Positions 37,339 through 50,113 of a DNA stretch of 64,000 nt are shown one piece after another. Below the pieces are notes generated by a model that searched no databases, had not been told where the DNA came from, and saw only the letters and a program-made list of their open reading frames with translations. The stretch's first letter is position 1; each line of letters opens with the position of its first letter. Location of the stretch: the NCBI GenBank assembly GCA_010405405.1, contig MU004243.1, forward strand, positions 119,340 to 183,339, written 5' to 3'. Made by a program: the position numbers and the translations under genes. The stretch is from Microthyrium microscopicum. Taxonomy: Eukaryota.

Positions 37339-39612
37339 TTAGGGGATCACGGCGCCTACCTTTTCCACTTCTTGTCCCTCATACAGCACAGCGGGATGCG
37401 ACAAGACCTCCAGTCTTTGCTCATCAGGAACCAGCCGGACCTTAATATCAGCACTCTGTTCTTCCATCTTGCTTTTCCACGACTTCTCACTGATAATGAT
37501 GCTTCTATCATTATTCAATCCAACAATGAATGGGACAACTCCAGAGGATCTCCAAGCCCCTTTCCACATTCCAGCTTGGACAGATCTCACGACAGCCACA
37601 ACCAGGAATACAACACCTGCCAGCACCAGTAATGCAGGAAGACTTATCCAGGCCCACTGAACTCCGATACATGTATGGGTTTCAAGCACATTGCCCACCA
37701 TCCAGGCTTCCTGCCCACCTTCGCCATGTTGTCGCATCATTGCAGTGATGGTATCCGTTAGATCTTCAAAATACTGGTCAACTGTGCTCAAAGTAGCCGT
37801 TCCATTGCGATAGAGCTCTGTAAGGAATTGAGCGCCTTGGACGCCCATGGTGTTGCCGTTGTAAGATTCGAGGTATTCGTTGTCATACATCCATGACAAA
37901 TACTGGTTGAGAGCGAGAGAGATGATGTATCCAAGATTCCAGACGCAGCTAGGTTCGAAGTAGCGCAGCGGTAAGCCAGGATTGGGGTTATTAGCCGTTA
38001 AGGTATTGTTAGTCCCCACCGGGACAATGGATGCGCCAGAGGGAGTATCCGAGATGTTGCACTGCGTCCATCTGCCATCAAGTAGAACTCTTTCGGTGGC
38101 TAAAGACCACGTCAAGTTTGTTGACGTTGTTACCTCGACTGCTGAACTGTTTGTCTTACGAAGAGGGGTCGTGCTGGCCAGGATCGTCTCATTTAACACC
38201 GAAGTCACGATGGTTGCGTTGTATGTCTTGATACATGGATAGATGGAGCAGCTCCATGCCAAAGGATGCTTCGTACAATTCTCGGACTTCTCCAAATTGC
38301 AGTCGGAATCCACGTTTAGAGCCAAGGCGTCAATGGTAAACAAGTCATCAAACTCGGCTGAGTTGGCGAGAGTTTTACGGCTCCAAAACATTGAATAAGG
38401 GGTCTTATTTGTCGAATTGGGAAAGACGTATCCAACGTAGGCCATATGGTCCAAATAGTAATCTCCGGAAGTCTCGTTGGCCCGAATCAAGGAGTTGATC
38501 TCTTTGCATGAATGGCACATGCCGAGAGATTGGAAAGAGGCACCGTCAGTAGCAGCGGCGAAAGTACAGTTCCCGCTTGGGCATATGAATGGAAGAAGAT
38601 CCGTTTCGTTGCTTGGTGCGTTCATCGCACTCACTTGGATGGCTCCAGCAACGAAATCCGTTAGAAGTGCAGCGCCTGTTTCACTGGAAAAAGCATCCGC
38701 TGTGTAGTTGTTCGTTCTAGGTAGCCGAGCAAGGCTGGCCGAAGAGGTTATTTGGCAGGTGTTGTACTGTACAAGACAAGTTAGTCAGGTTGATGGTGGC
38801 TAGCAGCTCATATCAGTGTCCTCACCTGAATAACCTGCTGTGAAAATGGATCAATCGCAAGAGCTATGATTGTGATTACAGCTCCGAGACTAGCAAGATG
38901 ACTACAGTACCGCAAGGTTAGCTTGACAGTCGAAAGCAGTACAGTTTCAAAGCACTAACTGTCCGCGGTACGACGATAGCAGAAGCAACAAAGCTCCCCA
39001 AGGACCTCGACTAGCACTGTCGAACAAGTCCATTTGTATCAATGGCCTAGCTTCTTGAAACCAAAGCCATTTCATCTGGCTGATACCTGTAACATGATTA
39101 GGCCCAACAAGTATTGGATGGACTATGGCTCGACACACCTTCCTGAACAGGTAGCATGATAGCTGCCTTCATGATTGCAGTAAAGATAGAGATCCATGAA
39201 TTGATCGAAATGGTGGCTTGCGTAGCAAGTGGTTTGCCCTCATGCGTGGCCAAGATGACAACGATAGCCAGGAGACTACAAACGGCAATAACGCAGCTCA
39301 GAACTTCCAGGCCCCAATGGTCATCGCATCGGTCAAGAATGTGCTTGCCTCTCTGCAACCGCGAGACAGCAACGAGAGTCCCTTCCGAGCTTGTAGTTCG
39401 TGTAGTCGTGACTGCTGCTCCCTCTGCCTTCTCCGTTTCTGGACTTTCAGTGTTTTGGCGTGGTAAGTGATCGACTATACCATCTAAATCTGTACGAGTT
39501 ATCAGTAATGCCGCAAATTTTCACGGCATATAAGTTCGTTCAACATCATGATCAACCGAATCTAAGCCTTACCTTGATCACTCAAAGGACTTGATCCTTC
39601 CGAGGTGCTCAT
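37339..39612 (-). CDS. DUF3176 family membrane protein, multi-exon
   Basis: WGLEVLSC...ISINSWISIF..IMKAAIMLPVQEG|ISQMKWLWF..RPL..MDLFDSASRGPWG, DPFSQQ, CPSGNCTF, VQWAWISLP. Confidence 0.82.
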
Positions 39613-40007
39613 ACTGTTGACGATAGATGGATCAATTTTACAAATGGTAGAAAGCTAAAGAGCAGATGTTTCGAAAAGCAGCATGTCTGCTGGTGTTACC
39701 TTTATAAGGACTCCAGGAGTCTATCAATTAGTGACGATATGTGGGCAGGCATGGCCAACACACCGAGCAGATATCTACCAGTGTCTGTGTCACAGAAGCT
39801 AAATTTCTCCAAGTATCTCCGTTGTCGACCATTATGCTTCTCTAAGCATTGCGACGTCATCAACGGCGCCTACATCGTTCACTACAGTGGAAAGTTGATT
39901 ATAGTATCAATTTTGAGCAGTTTATTCTGACCAGTAGAACTTCCCGCGTCCCTCATTCTGCAGTTGTAACGCACCTTTATGTTGTCCTGGAGTGAGGCGA
40001 CCAATTG

Positions 40008-40180
40008 AACTGGTAAGGCTGAGGCCGCCATCTATCAAGGTGAAGGCCAATCTGGGAAAGCTGATGTAGATCTGTTGAGGCCGGACTAAATCTGGTACAG
40101 AATAAGGTCAATCTGGTAAGGCTGGTAGGCGAAGGTAATGTTGCTATCTGGTCAATGTTGTCAGGTAAGGCTGAGGACGG
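40008..40180. repeat. Degenerate ~20-21 bp tandem array, consensus about ATCTGGTAAGGCTGAGG
   Basis: Units such as aactggtaaggctgaggcc, atctgggaaagctgatg, atctgttgaggccgg, atctggtacagaataagg, atctggtaaggctgg, tcaggtaaggctgaggac. Confidence 0.55.
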
Positions 40181-40769
40181 GAAATTGACAAGTTCCTATT
40201 TACTCTGCTATGGCCTGCTATACCAACAGTCTCACTCAAGTATTCGTTTTCACCATTACAGCCAATCTACGCTACCAATATCGGTATCTGAGAAAGCACT
40301 TGAATATAAATCTTATAAGACTTGGTAAAGGGCTGGGAGCCATTTCATTTCAAAGTCCAATCCTCGGAAGCGGTGAGTTACCTGCAACAGACATGCACAA
40401 TGAAGATCAATAGACTCCGACATACCGGTACCGACCAGTCAATCAGGTTAGCAAGACCTTTCTGAACTGCTTCCACGGATACGGCATCCATGCTGTTCAG
40501 TCGACTCGTTTGGAATAATGTGGTTCAGTTCTTGAACTTTGGTCGCAGGTGATGAAACTCCCCTATTCTTTCAAGCATGAAATGTGCAAAAAACTACTCA
40601 GCAATCAAATCTGATAAATGATACTCTGCATGGAACCTTCGGCTATATTTTGTCCCGACTTTGGGATGATACTACCAGGTACGAATCTAAAATGACTCCA
40701 TCAGCACAATGTGTGTAAGTAAGTGACCATATTCTCTACCCAACGAATCAAACACCTGGCGCCAAAGAC

Positions 40770-41324
40770 TTAAGCAACGGCAATCATATCCTTCACCAAA
40801 ACATCAAAATACAAATCATTCCGCGTCTTCCCAACTTGATCATTGACCAAATGCTCATATGGGAAAGGTCTTTGCTCCCCAGTCACTGTATATCCTCTGC
40901 GGACATACCACGATATAAGCTCCACACGTACTCCAATGACCGTCATTTCCAGCTTTTTTACGTCCAATGTCTCCCGTGCATAATTCTCAGCCATCTGCAG
41001 CATACGTCTGCCCAGTCCACCACCTTGTTGATTGGGGTCGACGGCAAACAGGCCAAAGTAGCCAAGGTCACTGTCCCGCTTAATGAGTTCGCAGCAAGCG
41101 ATCAGAGCGCCAGAGTCTGTTGTAGCCAGGAGAATGATGCCATTTGATGCTGTGATTTTGGCTAAGACACCTGCTTCGTCGATTCGGTCGTCTGCTACGA
41201 GATCGGCTTCTGTGGTCCATCCTTTGCGACTCTCTTCGCCACGATATGCTGAACGGATGAGTGAGAGAAGTATTTTGACATCGTCTGGCGTTGCAATGCG
41301 TGTTGTCAAATTTACTTGTGACAT
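40770..41324 (-). CDS. GNAT-family N-acetyltransferase, intronless
   Basis: SAYRGEESRKGWTTEADL, YFGLFAVDPNQQGGGLG (acetyl-CoA-binding motif A), MTVI..R.ELISWY.RRGY..TGE..PFPY. Confidence 0.88.
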   Translation of the reverse strand: MSQVNLTTRIATPDDVKILLSLIRSAYRGEESRKGWTTEADLVADDRIDEAGVLAKITASNGIILLATTDSGALIACCELIKRDSDLGYFGLFAVDPNQQGGGLGRRMLQMAENYARETLDVKKLEMTVIGVRVELISWYVRRGYTVTGEQRPFPYEHLVNDQVGKTRNDLYFDVLVKDMIAVA

Positions 41325-42107
41325 TTCTTCGTTGATAGGAATATTTGAAAAGGAATTGAAATGTTTTGTAAAGGTGAAAATCGTGAAATGTTGCAGTCCT
41401 TTTGTGGAGATTTCAGATTTTTAATGACTGCAAAGCGCAGTGCCTCGATTGGGTGTTTATTGGAGTTTGGACGAAAGGACTGAATTGCATGAAAATACAA
41501 AACGCTCTGCTAAGATATAAATAATGAACGAATTCTGTAGGATAAAAGCAGAATATGCTGCTGCGGCTTAGGTGGCAGTAATTAGCGGCAACCACCAGGT
41601 TGTAGGGCGTGTTTTTGACATTTATCTTTTTCATGATTACGACTGCATGTACTCCGGCTTTTGATCTAATTTTGGTATCCCGTGGAAACATGCGGAAAGG
41701 AGATTTTAGATACCGCCTTTTCTATAGGAATAATTTTTTTGCTACCCTTGAGTCACCAACAACATTATTGGGTTTCTAAGAGTATCCATTGTCTATAAAG
41801 TAGTCCCTACAATTTCATTCAAATGGTTTTTGGCTGATTCCAAATTCCCATAAATGTGTCCAGAAGCAAGCACTTTAGCGAACACGCTGAAAATTAAAGT
41901 ATCTTTTTTTTACAGACCGCGATGGTTCAATACGCCTTCGAAGAAATAATCTCGTTTATATGTTTATCTATTTTGATTTATATTGCTTCATTGGTTAAAT
42001 CTAAGATCATAACACTAATGTCTTTTTAACACGACATCTATAGACACTTTGGAGCTCAAGTATCACACTCATTGACTGTGTTACAAGTGTATCTGCATTT
42101 TCTCCCC

Positions 42108-43109
42108 TTAGAAGTTGGTCTTTTTTACAAACTCCTTCCAAGTCGTTGGCTTGTCGTCTAGTGCATCAAGACTTTCCTGCAAAGACATGCCATTGAAATA
42201 TCCAGGCGACTCGATCAACAAATGGTTCTCGAGCATTTCCTCGGCCATGAAATCTGGAAGAAAACTCTTATACTGCTCCGAGCTGATTTGGCGATAGTTG
42301 ATCTTCTTTCCAGTCACCTCTTCAAATTCGGAGATGATACGTGTGACAGGATAGTAGTCGCTCGCAGCCAGAATCTGTTTACCGTTGAAAGCTTCTGGGT
42401 TCTTCAAGGCAGGCTTCACAAATTTGCCTAAAAACTTTTAGTGATTTACTCTAGTCGAAGCTTGATCAGATCTTACCTATGTCTTCGGCAGTATCGAGAA
42501 GGGGGAACTTTGCTTCCTTGCTAACTGGGTAGGCAAGGCTGTATGAGCCATCATCTCCTTTCTGGAGCATCTTTTGATAGTTGGACATATAATAGCCAGG
42601 CAAGACAAAGGCAGAGGTAATGCCTGTGGACTTTATGTACTCTTCGATCTTGGCTTTGCCATCAAAGTGAAGCACGTGTGGTAGTTTTCCGTTGCTGATT
42701 TCTGTTACATTGAGCAGAGATGAAAAGACGATTTGTTTGACTCCGGCTTCTTTGGCGGCATCCGCAACAGTGTGGCCCTGCGCCATTTCGACTTCTGGCT
42801 TGCCCGTTTCCCAGTAGTTAGTAACGAGGAAAACGGAATCAGAACCCTTGATTGCTGAAAGAACCGAATCTCTGGAGTTGAGGTCCGCCTTTGCAAAATT
42901 AGTGACATAATTCGCTCGGCTTTTCTGTTTCTTACATTGACCAATTCGACACCCTGCTTAGCCAAAGCCTGTGCAGCTGGCTTGGAGCTATCACGAGTCA
43001 CGCCGCGGATAGAGAACTCTTTTGACAACGCAGGATCTCCAAGAATAGCTTTGATGACCGAACCACCCTGGATGCCAGTAGCGCCGAAGACTGTGATAAG
43101 CTTTGGCAT
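42108..43109 (-). CDS. NmrA-like (HSCARG) NAD(P)-binding protein, 3 exons
   Basis: ITVFGATGIQGGSV, VFLVTNYWE, VADAAKEAGV, HFDGKAKIEEY, PGYYMSN, EDIGKFV. Confidence 0.9.
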
Positions 43110-43858
43110 TTTTAGAGAACTGTTGAGGAATGAAAGCGATGAAGCCTATGTAATAATCTTTCAATCGAGTTTATTGTGATGTTATGATGTTCGTAAATGG
43201 AATGTACGATAGTCAGGAAGATGTGGTGTCCCTTTTATCCCCTCTATCACTCCAGCTGCTCTGTAAGTAAACATTAGCCATGCGTTCTGTTTAAGCCTAT
43301 TCGGGGTACTTACAAATGTCCATGGCCCAATTCCGCACCTTGACATATGCGAAAGCGCATTCGCTCCCCTCATCGCCAACCAGGACTTACTAAATGACTT
43401 ACCAATCGCATGAACTAAGCAAAATAACGCTACCTCCGATCGGCGCCGATAAGGGAACCATGCTATTAAGATATTGCTCATTATGGCACTGGTCCGATCA
43501 TCAGCATGTAAACGCCATCTATAGTGATTTGTAGAAAGATCAAGAGTCGTAAATACGCTTTTCTCAACAGTTGAACTGCAAGAATAGATAATCGAATTGG
43601 AATGATCAGATCTTGCTTCAATGTTGGGACCAAAGGCCTGGGAGCCTGGCAACCTGGCTAAATGGCCTTAGGCAGAAAGAAAATAGGCAAATACATGCAG
43701 GCAGCATCTTCGTAAGGTTTTTGACATGTTTTAACAGTTCTCTTCTCAGCAATACCTCCCTCAATGAAGTTTGAAAAGCTGATCTGCACCTATTAATGAC
43801 AAGTTCGATTGAATCATCGACTTCTTCTGCCCGCGTATATACCAGGTAGGCCATCACG

Positions 43859-44338
43859 ATGTCGATCTCCGGCTTCACCACCCTCCCGCCTGAACTCATT
43901 ATTCACGTCTTCGAATGCATGGCCAATTTTGCAGTGTGGCCTGCCTCGCAAAAACAGCGCGTATCTTCTACAACGTCTGGCGAAATGATCCAAGTTCTAT
44001 TCGCCAGGCCGTTGATACTCGTGTCATCGCGAACTTCGCCGACGCTGAGCGATTGGTAGACATGCAAGAGCACGCAGACATCGTTGGAGAATCAGAGTTG
44101 CCAGACTGGCGCGAGCGGAGGCCAATCAATCGAGCGAAACGACTAATTGCAAACGCGCGCCGAGCCTCTATTGCTAGCACTGAATGGGAAGTCTCGTTCA
44201 AGCGGATTATGGGTCAATCCCCAAGCTGGCGAGCGGATTGCAGAAGAATTGAGCCGGGCATACCACTATCCCAACCTGCAACGGAAGACCTGCACTATGG
44301 CATACCATGAAGTGCTAAGTATTGATGAGTCTATCTAA
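43859..44338 (+). pseudogene. F-box-like gene disrupted by frameshift(s)
   Basis: FTTLPPELIIHVFECM (F-box start) continues as SVACLAKTARIFYNVW only after a 1-nt shift in the T-run at about 43927-43930. A further shift or stop follows downstream. Confidence 0.55.
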
Positions 44339-45070
44339 TACCTGATGGGAATCTGCAGCCATTATGTCCCAGAGGGCGTTATAGCAGACATCGCACCTAA
44401 GGATTCCTTTCCAGAGACTCACATTGGAGGAATTCAGAGCACAGGTAAGTTGTAGTGGCTTCAACGGAGGCTCTGCAAAATGTAGTGGCCATGCAGGGAG
44501 TTTATACTTTTCACTAAAAGTGCGGACCGGCAGATAAGGCTCTGAAGTGATCTCAATGTATGCCTTAGCCGACTCTCGAAATGTTTCTACACTACATAGC
44601 GTTCGAAATATATCTTAGTGCGGCAATTGGTCTCACCTCTATATTAGCCAATTACAGTTGCTTGTCTTCATGCGAACCATCTCAGCCTTGTCCGCTAATG
44701 CAAAGCGAGGATCTCTGTTTGGCCCTGCGCAGATCTAGAAACAACGCAGTTAACCATGCTAGGACTAGCGTAGCCTCATCGTCAATATCATAGTGCAATT
44801 CCAAGATTCCTTCTACTGCAGCCTCGTGTCTCAAGGCTCAAGTCGCGACGAGATGTACATTCTGTTAGAAACGTTGCAAACAAAGAAGGTGTGTGTTTGG
44901 TTTGGAGGGTTACATTTGTTTTGGAAAGGTTCACGTTTCTCGATAACATGTATTTGTATATAATCATTATTGACATTTCTGGGTTCTCTCTGCCTTTAGA
45001 TTTTGACAATCGAAACTTTTACTTCCTGTAGCTTGTCGATTTTGCGACGGTGAGCGCTACAATACCAAAA

Positions 45071-46306
45071 ATGGAGACGCCTACTCCTTTGCCACGGACG
45101 CCCGCCCAACGAGTGCCATCAGCCACTGGTAACATGTCTCCCACTGGCAATCGAGCGCCGTCAAACCCAATGTCTCCAACTGAATGGACCCCTCAAAGAA
45201 CTAACTCTATTCCACGGAGACCAGCTACCACGCCGCGAAGACCTAGTATCCTGCCACAGTGGAGAATCGATTCGTTCGAGCAAGCAAGGCAGGCAGGTCA
45301 AGAACCAGAGAAACACCCGGAACATCGCACAACTGTCTTGTGGAACAAAGTCCGAAATGAAGCTGTCGCTTTCGTTGGCGAATTCTGCGGAACTTTCATG
45401 TTTCTGTTTATGGCTTTTTCTGCAACATCTGGTACGTTGTTCTCTGCGAATTGGTCCTCGCGATAGACATATACTCGATCGGACTAACACCATCAAGTCG
45501 CAAACGCCTCTGCCAACGGGACAAACAACAACACACTTACACAAGTGCCCAACACATCCGTTCTTCTCTACATCTCCCTCTCATTTGGTTTCTCCCTCGC
45601 AGTCAATGCCTGGGCCTTCTTCCGCATCAGCGGCGGCCTTTTCAATCCCGCCGTAAGTCCTATGCCCATCCTCACCCAAACCAGTCAATTAACAGCACCA
45701 TAGGTGACCCTTGGCCTCCTCTTCATCGGCGCCATCTCTCCCTTCCGCGCCGCCCATCTTTTCGTCGCCCAACTAATCTCTGCCATCGCCGCCGCCGCCG
45801 TGATCTCCGGCCTTTTCCCAGGCCCCCTCGCAGTATCCACCACCCTCTCGGCCGGCACGTCCAGCGTCCAAGGCGTTTTCATCGAAATGTTCCTAACCGC
45901 GCAACTCGTCTTCGTTGTCTACATGCTTGGCTCAGAAAAGCACAAAGCCACATTCCTTGCGCCCGTTGGCATCGGCCTGTCCCTCTTCGTGTCTGAATTG
46001 TGTGGCGTATACTTCACAGGCGGTTCATTGAACCCAGCGAGAAGCTTCGGACCAGCGGTAGTCACAGGCTTTGATGGCAGTCATTGGATATACTGGGTTG
46101 GTCCGTTGATGGGGACTTTACTTGCGTGGGGACTTTTTGTGCTTCTGAAGTTTGCGGGCTATGAGACGGCGAATCCGGGTCAGGACTTTGATGAGTTGGA
46201 GACAAAGGCTTTTAATCCGCCGCCAACGCCGATGACGATTGATCATGTGGAGCGGCCGTCGTTGATGCGTCGACCGACGGCAGATACTGTGCCGGAAGAG
46301 GTTTGA
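45071..46306 (+). CDS. Aquaporin (MIP family, water-channel type), 3 exons
   Basis: GEFCGTFMFLF, FFRISGGLFNPA|VT, FIEMFLTAQLVF, FTGGSLNPARSFGP, HWIYWVGP: two NPA motifs. Confidence 0.93.
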
Positions 46307-46923
46307 AGTGTTCAATTGGTTAAAGACATGGAGTATAGATAACGTAGGGTAACGTAGATAGGAACCAGTAGGTAGATTAGATATAGTCTGTGGAGGACTA
46401 CAAGATTCCTGTATAGTAACGATTTGTGGTGCTGGACATTGCATATTTCTGCATCAAGGCAGTTGGCGATGTACGTAGAAGAGGATGGGTTTTTCTTTAA
46501 TCTCTAATTAGATATGTAAAAGTAGAAGAGTCATCTGAAAGAGCACTTTAGCAAGTGCTACATAATGATGACTTGGAAGGATCTTACCTTTAACCATTGA
46601 TCGACTCCCATCACCTTTGCTGTTCCAATATAAAGTACCTGTCCATATCAAAACGTAGTCTTCGCGATCAAATTCATCTGCCAGCAAAGCCTTATTGTGC
46701 TCCATCTACAAAAGACGCAGAAGCAGGGCAGCCATGCTAATAGAAGCCTCGTTGAGGGTAGTGCTAATTCCCATCACCACACCAATAGGAAAATGAAAAC
46801 GAGATGAAACACGAAGGAGCGTATGATAGAAATAATAATTCATACCCAGAGAAAGCTACCGTTGTTCCAGCTAGCCTAATAAACTCCTTTTAACTATAGA
46901 AGAGAATACGAAAACGTACTAGT

Positions 46924-48932
46924 TCAATCCTCCTGAACAGCACGTAACACAGGGTACAGACTCCGCGCATCCTTGTCTGCCTCAGACTCTTGTTCTTGCT
47001 CGTCGCCTGGCGTAGCCGTTTTGGAATCATCATCATCGTCAAACTCTCCATTATCAAGGCGCATCTTGATCATGTTGCGAATAGTCTCCAAAACTCGCAC
47101 CTTGACAATCCAATCATCTTCAGAATCTGGCTCGCTAGTCTCGCTAGACCTGCGTGGTCCTGACAGATCTGGATCGATGGATTCACTGCCGGCGGGGGAA
47201 GTTGGGGCTTTGCTGTCGGTAACCAGAGCAGGGTCAACATTAGATAGAGAAGGAGACCGTACGCCAAGTCGGTCGATGTTGGGCAAGTCGTCAGAGACGT
47301 CGTCGCGGGCTCGCTGCAGTATACCAGATGAATATCTTCTACGACCATCTGCATCGAATGAGGAAGCCAAGGCGGAGGGCATGGCACCGCTGCTAGCGTC
47401 TGAGACACTGGAAACCGATGGAAGAGTTGGGTACATGGCGGCACTGCTACCTCGGGATATCGGTGATACTGTCGAGCTATGAACAGAACCAGGCGAGTTG
47501 TAAGACATAACAGAAGATGCAGGGGTGAGAGCAGGTGTTGAATCAGCACCGGAGGAAGAGATTGGAGGAAGGATATGCCCAGAAACTTGTGTTTGATGCG
47601 AAGATGCCATGTGTGGTGGTGAATGACTGGTGCGCATGTTGACAGCGGGATGCACATAGTGGCTTCCGGCTTGTTGGATGCCTGCTTGGGCAGCTTGAGC
47701 AGCTTGAGTTTCGTGCTCATAGACAGTGGCTTGGAGTTGCTCGAGGAACTGATCAATGTGTTGCAAGTCATTCTTAGTTCGGATGTTTGACATTGGCAGA
47801 GAATAATGATTTGTGAGCGGTGCCGCAGTAGCAGTAGCAACAGCAGCTCCGCCACCAAACTCATTGTTGCCGGCATATTGTGGCAGACCATGGAGGCCCA
47901 TTAGTCGCTGTCCCACAGAGTGGTAAACGCCAGGGTCAAGCTGGCGGGTTTTAATATCGCCAAAGAATTCATTGAGAGCATCGAATGTCGCCTTCTTCCT
48001 AACTTCGTATTCCGACATTGAATTGTTGTTGTTGACAGGGTAAAGAGTGGTCATGTAGTTGTTTGAATACTGAGCGGATGGGCCATGGTAAGCACTGGGA
48101 TTAGTTGATGCAGCGTAAGAATAATTGACTGCGGCTCCAGACATTGCGTGCGCGTGTTCTGGATAGTAGCCGGATGCTGTGGCGGCCAGGTGCTGAAGAT
48201 CAGCGACATCTGCGCTTTGATTAGGACGATGTCGCAGGAAAGCTAATGAAGCGAGGGGACAGGGGGCGGCCAATAGAATACTGAAGACAATCGAGGTCAA
48301 AACAGGCATATATTGGCGGGTAGTGGTGTTTAACAAGTACAATCACTTACGTTTGGACTGGCCAGCAAATACTCCAGTATTGCCGGGATGGTTTTGACGA
48401 GTTGGCTCAGGGGAAGCCTGGAAATTGGGGTCCTCGGCATGCGTTTTGACGTGCTTCTTGAGATCCTGAGGGCGTTTGAAGGCCTTTTGGCAGAAGTCAC
48501 ATTTATGAGGCTTCAGCGGTACGTGAACTCGAATATGCGATGTTATATGATCGCGTTTGACGGTGGTAGTTCGACAATTACCCCATGCGCAAGTCAAGTT
48601 GAGATTGTTGGTAGATTTGCGGCCAACGTGTTTTTCGCAGACATGATCCTACAAATCATCAGTAAATGCTGGGTTGAGGAAAAAAGTTGTTGCGCGTTAT
48701 GTGCTCTTAGAGAGAGCTGCTTGCCATAAGGCTGATCATAACTCTAGAAACCGAAAGGTACAAAGTTGTTTGTTGGGCGAGCAGATTTTCAACTTACATA
48801 GAGTTTTTCAGGAGTTGGGAGGCGATCTTGACAGCCGACCCATTCGCACTTGAGTTGATCACCGGCAACATTACTGCTGGCGATGGTTGCATCTGGACTC
48901 GAAGTACTTGCTGACTCAAGAGTAGTCGACAT
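46924..48932 (-). CDS. pacC: pH-response C2H2 transcription factor PacC/Rim101, 3 exons
   Basis: Three zinc fingers CEWVGC...|[66 protein letters not shown]. Also [20 protein letters not shown] and YPxL motifs (MYPTL, LYPVL). Confidence 0.96.
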
Positions 48933-48956
48933 GTTGCTGGTGTACTGTTTGCTGGT

Positions 48957-50113
48957 CTTGGCACCAACTGTGTGAAGAATAAGAGAAGCTGGACAAGCGC
49001 CAACAAAAATGGAGGGGTCACAAAGAGTGCAAGGTGGGAAAGTAGGAGCCTGTTGGTAGTGACTGCCTTATACTTTAAATATGTGAATAATGTGGTAGTT
49101 GCGACAGTTTGGAAGCAGAAAATGCAATAGCGGACCTGGGGGATTCTTTGTAGAGGAGAGCCTTGGAAAAATGACAAGAGCAGCGGAGGGAGGTCCGAGT
49201 GAACGGGAGCTCGGAGGGCCTGGGCAGTGTCAAGATTAAATGGCAGCCAGCAGGTGCCAGTCTCGAAACCTCCTACGCTCCCAAGGCTCCGTGCTGAGGT
49301 GCGGCAAGGCGGACTACTTGGTCTTCAGCTCATTGGTTCTTCAGGGTACAACCTCCTTGGCAAGATGGGCAAGAGCAAATCAAAGCAAGCACAAAAGTGG
49401 AAAGAGCAACTGCCAAGACCCTCCTGCCTTTGCCAAGCCTGCGCTTGGCTTCTTTGACTGAGATGCTTCCTGTTGTGGTTAGATCGATAAGCGGATCATT
49501 TCTAGGTCCAGAATCCAGACTTTTTCATGATGGCATGATCCATCACCCTACCGTAACTTCAACTTCAATAATTGCTGCGCCCACTATCACCCAGAAGCAA
49601 TTCGTTCTTTAGATTCGAATATCCGCATGGCCAAGAGAACGGCGCATAGCAGGATTCTATTCCGACAGATCTCGAGGAACCTTTCAGCAGCAACCAAACA
49701 CCAAATTATCGCCCCCTTGCAAAGCGCACAATGTATCGGATTCTGCCTACCAAGACCACCTCGCTTCTCCGCTTACTGGGCGGTCAGCTATTGAACGAGT
49801 CCCGCTCTTGGCTTTCTTGGTAAAACGCAAATTAGAGTGTCCGCTGATTTGTTCTTATTTTGGACTGATTGCTCGTGTTCATCATTTGCGGCAGACCTTG
49901 AAGCCAAGATATCTTTAAATGGCCCTCATGTTAGTTGTGCATGAAGCCTTGACTCTACCTGTCAGCGCTCAACAAAGGATCTAACGCTTGCGAAAGCATG
50001 TCGTGCATTAGACTCGCTGACCATACAATCCAATATCCAGTTTCGCGATGACAGCCAAGTCATGCTTGATGATACATTTAGTCTTCTCGGCGGATGGAAC
50101 CCTAGTAGCCAAG
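48957..50113. promoter_or_regulatory. Cluster of PacC binding sites (GCCAAG) in the pacC leader/promoter
   Basis: GCCAAG/CTTGGC at 48957, 49356, 49412, 49432, 49444, 49630, 49807, 49903, 50054 and 50108. Confidence 0.8.
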
